Assembly (NCBI GenBank): GCA_964450975.1 | Contig: CAYVFO010000003.1 | Location: 1-41,464, forward strand | Direction: 5' to 3' | DNA: 41,464 nt | From: an uncultured Elusimicrobia bacterium | GTDB taxonomy: Bacteria > Elusimicrobiota > Elusimicrobia > UBA1565 > UBA9628 | In this document: piece after piece, positions 26,539 to 33,590 of the stretch | Position numbering within the stretch: position 1 is the stretch's first letter | Layout: each line of letters opens with the position of its first letter | Notes under the pieces: generated by a model | The model's database searches: none | Told to the model about the DNA's origin: nothing | The model's input: only the letters and a program-made list of their open reading frames with translations | Translations under genes and position numbers: made by a program

Positions 26539-27727
26539 GCTTCCCCCGCAGATAGGGCATCGCGCCGGCGGCGGCGAGGAGGCAGAGGAACGGCTCGAGC
26601 GGGACGCGGTAGCGCAAAGTCGTCAGGAACACGGCGTGCGCCATCGTGTGGTAGATCAGGAGCGCCCAGACCGCGCCCCACGGCGCGCCCGTCTTGAGCG
26701 CGGCGCGGCCGCCCAGGATCGCGAAGGCGAAGAGGACGGTGAAGTAGAGCCCCATCACGACGCGCTGCCAGAGCGTGTAGGGATCGTAGAGCCACGGGCG
26801 CCAGTACAAGAACGCCTTGCCGACGACGATGCCGGCGGCCTGGAGCGGGTTCTCTTTGACGAGGTTCATCGTCTTGTCGAAGAAGTACGCGCCGATCTCG
26901 CGGTCGGAGATCCCGTTGGCCTTGGCCTCGGCGGCCATGTCGATCGGATGCGTGCGGACGGCGTCGCGATCGAGCGTGAAGCCCTCGTAGAGATTCCAGC
27001 CCATCTGGCCGGAGAGCGGCACGAGCTGGCCGTACTTCTGGTAATTGCGATACGTCCACAGCGCCGAGGGCAAAAACCAGCCCGGCGCCATGAGGAGAGA
27101 AAAGAGAACGGCGTGCTTGAAGCCCTTGGCCTTCCACAGGAAGAAGAACAGAATTCCCGGGAACGCTCCGAAGACCGACTTGCACGACGTCGCCAAGCCT
27201 CCGATCAAGCCGATCGCCAGATGCTTCGCGGACAACGGCTTGTTCCACAGGAGCACGACTCCGTGGAAGAACAACATCAACAAGAAGACGAAGAACGTCT
27301 CGGTCTGGAGCTGCGGAGTGAAGAAGATCACGGCGGGATCGACGGCCAGCCAAAGGGCCGACAGCCGAGCGGTTTTCTCGTCGACCAATCTCCCGGCGGC
27401 ACGGCGCAGAATCAGCGGCGTGATGCCGCCGAGCACGACGTTGAATATGAGAATGGGATACTGACTATCGGTCCGCAGCAAACCGAGAATGCCCGCGATG
27501 ACGAGCGTGAACAGCGGCGGGTGAGTCGCGTCGAACTCGGGCATCGGCAGGTAGCCGAGCCACGAGAGCGCGAGGTTGAAGTAGAGGTCGCGGCCGTAGG
27601 CGTCGCCCAGGTTCTTGGCCTGGAACACCGCGAGGATCGCCAGGCGCGCGGCGACGGCGATCGCGAGGACGGTCCAGTCGAAGCGGCGCGCGCTCCAGCG
27701 CGTCAGGAACGGAAGGCGGCCTTCCAT
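26531..27727 (-). CDS. GT-C-fold membrane glycosyltransferase-like protein
   Basis: 398 aa, polytopic, no large soluble domain. Its position in the glycosylation array supports the call. The family call is tentative. Confidence 0.5.
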   Translation of the reverse strand: MEGRLPFLTRWSARRFDWTVLAIAVAARLAILAVFQAKNLGDAYGRDLYFNLALSWLGYLPMPEFDATHPPLFTLVIAGILGLLRTDSQYPILIFNVVLGGITPLILRRAAGRLVDEKTARLSALWLAVDPAVIFFTPQLQTETFFVFLLMLFFHGVVLLWNKPLSAKHLAIGLIGGLATSCKSVFGAFPGILFFFLWKAKGFKHAVLFSLLMAPGWFLPSALWTYRNYQKYGQLVPLSGQMGWNLYEGFTLDRDAVRTHPIDMAAEAKANGISDREIGAYFFDKTMNLVKENPLQAAGIVVGKAFLYWRPWLYDPYTLWQRVVMGLYFTVLFAFAILGGRAALKTGAPWGAVWALLIYHTMAHAVFLTTLRYRVPLEPFLCLLAAAGAMPYLRGKRA

Positions 27728-28053
27728 TCCTCTTCCTTGAACCCCAGCAGGCCGCGGTCCTTGAGCAGGACGAAAGGGCGCTTCACGAGCTTGCCGTGCT
27801 TGGCGAGAAGCGCCAAAGCCTCGGCCTCGCTCATCGTCTTGAGCTTATCGCCCAGGCCCATCTCCCGGTAGACGACTCCGGAGGTGTTGAACAGCCGGCG
27901 GATGTCGCCCGCGTACTTCAGCATCGTCTTGAGCTCGGCCAACGTGGGCGGGGTTTCGACGATCGGGACCGCCTCGTAGGCGATTTTACGGGCGTCGAGG
28001 AACTTCAATGCCTGGCGGCAAGTGGAGCACTTCTCGTACTCGTAGACGCGCAC
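27703..28053 (-). CDS. ArsC/Spx/YffB-family thioredoxin-fold protein
   Basis: VRVYEYEKCSTCRQALKFL is a typical N-terminus for the family. GTG 28053 lies 6 nt after TATAAT (28065 to 28060); track ATG 28074 is the alternative. Confidence 0.7.
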   Translation of the reverse strand: MRVYEYEKCSTCRQALKFLDARKIAYEAVPIVETPPTLAELKTMLKYAGDIRRLFNTSGVVYREMGLGDKLKTMSEAEALALLAKHGKLVKRPFVLLKDRGLLGFKEEEWKAAFRS

Positions 28054-28197
28054 CGGGGGATTATAGCGGAGCATGGTCCAATTAAGGAAGGCCCGCGCGG
28101 TGGGCCTATGGGGAACATATCGCAGGGACTAAAGAATAGGCCCCACTGGGACCTACGGCCCCGGTCGGTTCCGGGGGTAAAGGCTACACTGGGGTCG

Positions 28198-30726
28198 ATG
28201 AGGTTCGCAGCCGCCCTACTCTCCCTTTCGCTGATCGGCACTTCGATGCCGCTCGACGCCTCCGCCCAGGTCGTGCGCGTGGCGGTCGGCGAGGCGGGCA
28301 TCGCGCCCGTCGCGCCCGTCGGCAATTCGATCTCCGGCTCCAACCTCGCTCCCAATCTCTCGATCGGCGCGGCCACGCTCACCGGCGGCCTCTCCGCGCC
28401 CTCGATCGCGCCGGCTCCGTCCGCGCTGAACGGCGCCGTTTCCGTCAAAGCCGTTCCTTCCGCTCTCGCACCCGTCCTTTCCGCCCCCTCCACCGAGCAG
28501 CCTGAAAAGCCCGAGACCCCGAAGCAGGCCGCGACGCCCGTCGCGCCGGCCAAGGCGAAGAAGTGGTGGAACACCCCGATCACCGAGCTCCTCGGCCTCA
28601 AGAAGCCCGCCGAGGCGAAGTCCGAGCAGAAGACCACGACCGCCGAGACGGCCTCCGTCGAAGGCGCGGTCCAGTTCGACGGCGTCTCCGAGAAGAAGGG
28701 CTCCGTCGAGGGCGCGCCCGTCGTCGAGGGCGACAACTCCAAGGCCTTCAAGGCCGGACAGAAGCTCGGCAAGTTCGTCCGCCAGCAGAACGTCAAGCGC
28801 AACGCCTCCGTCGACGAGTTCGGCGGCCCCCTCTCCGAGCCGATGACCTTCAAGCAGCGCGTGGGCTACGGCCTCTCGCGCGGCCTCCACATGATCGGCA
28901 TCGGCGCGATCATGACCGTCGGCCTCAAGCCACTGCTCGACGCGTGGGCCTGGCCCTCGATCATCAGCGACTCGGCGCTCCAGGGCTTCGGCCGCGTGGC
29001 GCTGCTCACAAAGTTCGGCCCCAACGAGATCGTCGAAGGGCTCGCCAACAACCCGATCGGCTTCATGGGCTTCTCTCTGCCGTGGGCGGTCACGATGGAG
29101 GAGATCTCCTTCCGCCTGCTCGGCTTCGGCCTGACCTTCCTCGTCATCGCCGCGGTCCGCCCGTTCTCGCGCTGGGTTTCGAAGATGATCAGCGGCCTGC
29201 CCGACGCGGCGGGCGCCGTGACCGGCGTGCAGCGCTTCCTCAAGCTCGGCGACGTGACCTCCCGCTACGCGTTCCCGATCGCGGCGATCTACTCCTCGTT
29301 CCAGTTCGCCGTCGCGCACTTCGGCGCGTGGGGCGTCGACCCGTACATCCTGCTCGTCAACGGCGTGCTCGGCGTGTTCCTCGCGCACACGGCCTACAAG
29401 TCGCGCAGCATCGTCGCGCCGATCGTCGCGCACCTCCTCTTCAACCTCTCCGTCTTCGCCGTGATCCTCGCCGGCATCGTCTGGTCGCCCGCGACCGCGC
29501 TGATGATCGCGATCGTCATGGGCCTGCTCGGAAGCGCCTCGCTGCTCTACTCGTGGCTGATGGCCCGCAAGATCAAGAAGTTCCAGATCAACGGCGCGAT
29601 GTCCATCGTGGCGCTCGCGCTCGCCGGCTCGCTGCTCACGGGCGTCAACCCGCCGAGCAAGGGCGACCTCGCCCGCGCGTTCAACTCCCACTCCACCCGC
29701 GGCGACATCACGCTCGTCCAGGAAGCCGTCAAGCCCGGCGCCGCCGTGGGCGCGGCCGTCTCGGCCGGCGGCGTCGCGCCCGACTCGACGAAGGCGGCCG
29801 TCGCCCCCGTGATCGAGCCGCGCGAAGTCATGACCGCGCGCGTGAAGGGCGCGGTCGTCAACGTCATCGTCAGGATGCCCCAGGGCATGGGCACCGGGTC
29901 CGGCTTCATCATCACGCCCGACGGCATGTTCATCTCCAACGCTCACGTCACGGGCACGCGCAAGCCCGGCGAGTTCGTCGAGGCCCGCATCCCCGGCGTC
30001 AACGGCATCGTCCGCGCCAAAGTCCTCGCCGCCAATCACGACAAAGACATCGCGATCCTCCAGCTCGCGCCGCGCATGGACGGCAAGCCGTGGCCGACGG
30101 TCCCGCTCGCGAAGAACCCGCCGCTCGAGGGCGAGCAGGTGACCGCGATGGGCTACCCGCGCGGCCTGCCCTTCACCGTGACGGCGGGCGTCATGTCCGG
30201 CCTCGAGGGCCGCGGCAACATGTACGTGCAGCACCTGCAGACCGACGCCTCGATCAACCCCGGCAACTCCGGCGGCCCGCTGTTCAACGCTGCGGGCGAA
30301 GTCGTCGGCATGAACACCCAGATCTTCACGATGAGCGGCGGCTCCGACGGCCTCGGCTTCTCGATCACCGCTCCCGCGATCCAGATGGCGATCGATCAGT
30401 ACCTCAAGACCGGCAACATGGCCACCGCGTCGCTCGGCATCATCGCCAACCTCTCGGACCCGAACAAGCCCGAGGCGGGCCTCGAGATCGAGTACGTGAA
30501 GTCCGGCTCCGCCGCCGAGGCCGCCGGCCTCAAGCGCGGCGACCTCATCGTCGCGGTCGGCGACATGCCGATCATGGAAGGCGGCCAGGAAGCCGCGCTC
30601 AAGATCGCCCTCGCCCTCTCCCGCCATACGCCCGGCGAGCAGGTCGACGTCACCGTGCTCCGCGCCGACGAGAAGCACGTCATCAAGGTGAAGGTCGACG
30701 CGAAAGTCACGGGCGAGTCGCGCTAG
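28198..30726 (+). CDS. fusion protein: signal peptide + Ala/Pro/Ser leader + CPBP (CAAX/Abi) intramembrane protease + HtrA-like serine protease + PDZ
   Basis: CPBP motifs MEEISFR (EExxxR), FAVAH (FxxxH), HLLFN (HxxxN). S1C triad contexts SNAHV, DKDIAIL, GNSGGPLF. PDZ-like tail GLKRGDLIVAVGD. TACACT (28185-28190) lies 7 nt before the ATG. The upstream 134 codons of the track ORF are rejected. Confidence 0.75.
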   Translation: MRFAAALLSLSLIGTSMPLDASAQVVRVAVGEAGIAPVAPVGNSISGSNLAPNLSIGAATLTGGLSAPSIAPAPSALNGAVSVKAVPSALAPVLSAPSTEQPEKPETPKQAATPVAPAKAKKWWNTPITELLGLKKPAEAKSEQKTTTAETASVEGAVQFDGVSEKKGSVEGAPVVEGDNSKAFKAGQKLGKFVRQQNVKRNASVDEFGGPLSEPMTFKQRVGYGLSRGLHMIGIGAIMTVGLKPLLDAWAWPSIISDSALQGFGRVALLTKFGPNEIVEGLANNPIGFMGFSLPWAVTMEEISFRLLGFGLTFLVIAAVRPFSRWVSKMISGLPDAAGAVTGVQRFLKLGDVTSRYAFPIAAIYSSFQFAVAHFGAWGVDPYILLVNGVLGVFLAHTAYKSRSIVAPIVAHLLFNLSVFAVILAGIVWSPATALMIAIVMGLLGSASLLYSWLMARKIKKFQINGAMSIVALALAGSLLTGVNPPSKGDLARAFNSHSTRGDITLVQEAVKPGAAVGAAVSAGGVAPDSTKAAVAPVIEPREVMTARVKGAVVNVIVRMPQGMGTGSGFIITPDGMFISNAHVTGTRKPGEFVEARIPGVNGIVRAKVLAANHDKDIAILQLAPRMDGKPWPTVPLAKNPPLEGEQVTAMGYPRGLPFTVTAGVMSGLEGRGNMYVQHLQTDASINPGNSGGPLFNAAGEVVGMNTQIFTMSGGSDGLGFSITAPAIQMAIDQYLKTGNMATASLGIIANLSDPNKPEAGLEIEYVKSGSAAEAAGLKRGDLIVAVGDMPIMEGGQEAALKIALALSRHTPGEQVDVTVLRADEKHVIKVKVDAKVTGESR

Positions 30727-30730
30727 CCCG

Positions 30731-31366
30731 TCAGCGCAGCGGTCTTCCGAACCCCCGAAACACCCAGCCCCGCGCGAACATCCGCGCCGCGTCGTGCTCG
30801 CGCGTGAGATAGAGGTCGTCGCGCGAGGACTCGACGACGCGATAGCTCCCGTCGGCCGCGACGTCGGTGACGAGCGCGATGTGCGAGATCCAGGCCTTCG
30901 GCGTCGCGCTCATGAAGACCACGTCGCCCGGCTTCGGCGGACCGCTCATGTCGAGGCAGCCGTTGTGGCGGCAGTACGTGTAGAGGTTGCGGGCACGCCG
31001 ATCGAAGAATGGATCGCCCGGCCGGCCGTCCTTCTTGCCGTAGCGGCCCGGGTTCGCGCGCCAATCGTCCTCCAGCAGCTTCTTGAGCGAGGTTCCCGCG
31101 TTGCGGTAGGCGATGCGCGGGACGTCCATGCAGACGATGAGGCCGCGCTTGCCGAAGAAGTCGCCGTAGAGCCCCTGGAGCGGATCGTAGAGGACGCCGA
31201 TGAGCTGCCGCGCCTCGGCGACGATCCGTCCGCGGTCGGCCTTCGGATTCCACGCGGCGGGCTCGGCGTCCGGCCCGCGATAGGCGTGGAAGCGCGCGAA
31301 CAGGACGAAGGCGGCGGCCCCGGCGGCCAGCAAGGCCGCCGAGGCCAATAGGACTCGCTTGAGCAT
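30731..31366 (-). CDS. DUF1287-like / NlpC-P60-superfamily exported protein
   Basis: N-terminal TM or signal LLASAALLAAGAAAFVLF. Cys context IVCMDVPRIAYR and His context WISHIALV with PGDVVF, resembling DUF1287 as I recall it. Confidence 0.5.
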   Translation of the reverse strand: MLKRVLLASAALLAAGAAAFVLFARFHAYRGPDAEPAAWNPKADRGRIVAEARQLIGVLYDPLQGLYGDFFGKRGLIVCMDVPRIAYRNAGTSLKKLLEDDWRANPGRYGKKDGRPGDPFFDRRARNLYTYCRHNGCLDMSGPPKPGDVVFMSATPKAWISHIALVTDVAADGSYRVVESSRDDLYLTREHDAARMFARGWVFRGFGRPLR

Positions 31367-31479
31367 GCCCCTCCCATACGCGGGAACCCCCGGAAACCTT
31401 ACGGGTCGAATCTAGGACCTTGGACCCTGTTTTGAAAACGCGGCCGGGGGCATTACTGAGGGAGACGCACGGAGGCCCG

Positions 31480-31812
31480 ATGCTCGACGACAATCTGCTG
31501 TTCCTGCTGGGAGTGGGAGCTGTCCCCATTTTGATGATGGCCGCGACGATCTACGCCCGCTCACTGCACCGACGGCCGGCGCTCGCCTGGGCGGGCCCGC
31601 GGCGCGGAGCGTCGCTCGTCATGCCGACCGCCGAGGAGACCGCGCGCAGCGTCCGCCGGTTTAAAGAGGCGGCGGAGCGCTCGGAGATGGTCGACTTCGT
31701 CTGGGAGCGCTACGCGCAGGGACGGGCGCTTCTGCTCGACGACATCCGCCGCGCGGCGGAGAGGAAAGGACGGAAGTCGAAGGCGAAGGGACCGCCGCCG
31801 AAGTGGATTTAG
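31480..31812 (+). CDS. small membrane-anchored hypothetical protein
   Basis: GGAGG lies 4 nt before ATG 31480. One TM (LLFLLGVGAVPILMMAATIY) and a basic C-terminus. Confidence 0.5.
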   Translation: MLDDNLLFLLGVGAVPILMMAATIYARSLHRRPALAWAGPRRGASLVMPTAEETARSVRRFKEAAERSEMVDFVWERYAQGRALLLDDIRRAAERKGRKSKAKGPPPKWI

Positions 31813-31813
31813 C

Positions 31814-32101
31814 CTAGGCGCCGAGCGCGTTCCACCAGTCGGCCAGCATCCGCTTCCGCTTCTTCGCGTCGTCCTGCGCGGTCAGGACGTCGAGGAAGGA
31901 TTGGGAAATCGCGTGATAGCCTTGGGCGCCCCCGCCCGCCACCCAGCAGTGCATGAGCAAAGCGCCGCACGACGCGCACTTGCCGACCGTGAACTCGACG
32001 CCCTCGGCGGAGCCGACGTCGGCCGAGCCGGACAGCTCTTCGGTCAGGCGTGCGAATTCCTGAGATGGACAGCAGTCCATGGAACTTTTAGGGCCGCTCA
32101 T
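31814..32101 (-). CDS. small Cys-rich hypothetical protein
   Basis: MDCCPSQ...GKCASCGALLMHCW contains six Cys. TACTCT (32114 to 32109) lies 7 nt before ATG 32101; ATG 32080 is the alternative. Track start 32182 lies in low-GC palindromic DNA and is doubted. Confidence 0.4.
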   Translation of the reverse strand: MSGPKSSMDCCPSQEFARLTEELSGSADVGSAEGVEFTVGKCASCGALLMHCWVAGGGAQGYHAISQSFLDVLTAQDDAKKRKRMLADWWNALGA

Positions 32102-32218
32102 TCGTATGAGAGTAGAAGAATTGCCGGCCCGCCGCCAGAGAAATTGACTAGCTCTAGAGTCAGTCAATGGCTTAGAAGCCATCGAACAAGCACCGGTGCG
32201 CGTGATTATCAGTAGTAG

Positions 32219-33589
32219 CTAGAGCGCGAAAGGCTTGCCGTCGGCGGGGTGGACGGTCTCGACGATGCCGTTCGGGCCGGCCTCGACCGAGAGCCAGTGG
32301 TGGAGCTTGCGCTTGCGCGTGGTCGAGGGCTCGGGGTAGAGAGGCGATCCGCCGCCGCCGGTGAGCACGTAGCGCACGCCGTCGCGCTCGACCGAGCCGA
32401 GCGCGTGGATATGGCCCATGTAGACGCGCTTCACTTTCTTCTTGGCCATCAGCGCCATGAACTCGGCGGCGCCTTCCTTGAAGCCGCCGGCGCCCTTCAA
32501 GGCGCCCCAGTCGGTGAACTCGCCGAGCGGGGCGGGCGGGATGTGCGTGAAGACGACCGTCGGAACGGATTCGTCGAGCACGGACGACAGCCACTCGAGC
32601 TGCGGCTTCGTCACGCGGTTCTCCGAGGAATCCAGCACGACGAAGCGCCATCCGGCGCGCTCGAAGACGTAATTGGGCGAGCCGAACGTCGCCTTATACA
32701 CGTTCGCGTTCGTGACGCCGTGCGGCTTGTGGCGGTCGTGGTTGCCGAGCGCTGTGAGATAGGGGACCTTCACGCCCGCGAGGAACCAGCCCTTGATGAA
32801 GGACCAATACTGGGCGATCGTGCCGCGGCTGACCATGTCGCCCATCTGGAAGATGAAGTCGGGCGCGGTCGTGTTGGCGCGCGCGAGCAGGCGCCAGAAG
32901 ACGCCGGGCTGGTTGAACAGCTTGCGCGAGAACCAGAAGCGGCCGGGCTCGCTGTCGCCGATCACCGCGAACTTGAAGCTCTCCCCCTTCGCTCGCGGGG
33001 TTTCGGCGAGCTTCGAGAGTTGGCGTTCGGTGCGCAGGGGCAGCGCCTTCTTCTGCAGCACGCCGAGCGCGCCGGGCGCGCGGTGCTGCGCGGGCTTGAC
33101 GACGATGTGGCCGCGGCCGACCGCCTCCTCGATCGTCGGGACCGTGATCATCGGCGCGTGCGCCATGCGCGGCACGCGGCCGTCCCACATGTCGCGCTCG
33201 ACGGTCAGGATCGAATCGGGGGCGCCGACGAGGCCCGTGTCGAGGTCGGCGTCGGGCTTATAAGGCAGCCCGGTGTGGACGCTCACGCCGGTCTGACGGC
33301 TGCCGTGGATGATCCACGGCTTGCCGGTCTTCTCGGCCAAGGCCTTCACGGCCTCGATCTGCTGAGGCGTGACGCCGGGACCGGGCACGCCGAGCACTTG
33401 CGTCCCCGACAGCAAAGACGGCGCGAGCTTGGGCGCGTCGGCGCTCGGAGCGGAGAGGACGCTCGCGGAGAGCGCGGGAGCGGTCAGGCCCGGCGCGGAA
33501 GGGATAGCGCTGCGCGGGACGACGACCTGGGAAGAGGCCGCGCCGGCGACCCAGAGCAGAAGGATCGCCGGCGCGGTCACGACGGTCAT
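32219..33589 (-). CDS. secreted calcineurin-like metallophosphoesterase with N-terminal extra domain
   Basis: Signal peptide plus A/P/S leader. MPE motifs VIGDSEPG, QMGDMVSRG, LGNHD, FTHIP, MGHIHA. The ATG lies 1 nt after the moxR stop. Confidence 0.75.
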   Translation of the reverse strand: MTVVTAPAILLLWVAGAASSQVVVPRSAIPSAPGLTAPALSASVLSAPSADAPKLAPSLLSGTQVLGVPGPGVTPQQIEAVKALAEKTGKPWIIHGSRQTGVSVHTGLPYKPDADLDTGLVGAPDSILTVERDMWDGRVPRMAHAPMITVPTIEEAVGRGHIVVKPAQHRAPGALGVLQKKALPLRTERQLSKLAETPRAKGESFKFAVIGDSEPGRFWFSRKLFNQPGVFWRLLARANTTAPDFIFQMGDMVSRGTIAQYWSFIKGWFLAGVKVPYLTALGNHDRHKPHGVTNANVYKATFGSPNYVFERAGWRFVVLDSSENRVTKPQLEWLSSVLDESVPTVVFTHIPPAPLGEFTDWGALKGAGGFKEGAAEFMALMAKKKVKRVYMGHIHALGSVERDGVRYVLTGGGGSPLYPEPSTTRKRKLHHWLSVEAGPNGIVETVHPADGKPFAL

Positions 33590-33590
33590 G

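Noticed and set aside
24677-27871. ORFs 24677..26305(-), 26214..27353(-), 26074..26697(+) and 26636..27871(+)
   Set aside because: Alternative-frame or antisense ORFs over the two GT-C genes, with Arg-rich low-complexity translations.
28216-30812. 820-aa antisense ORF and 749-aa alternative-frame ORF over the fusion protease
   Set aside because: R/G/D/A-rich with no motifs. Frame 28198..30726 carries the CPBP, S1C and PDZ signatures.
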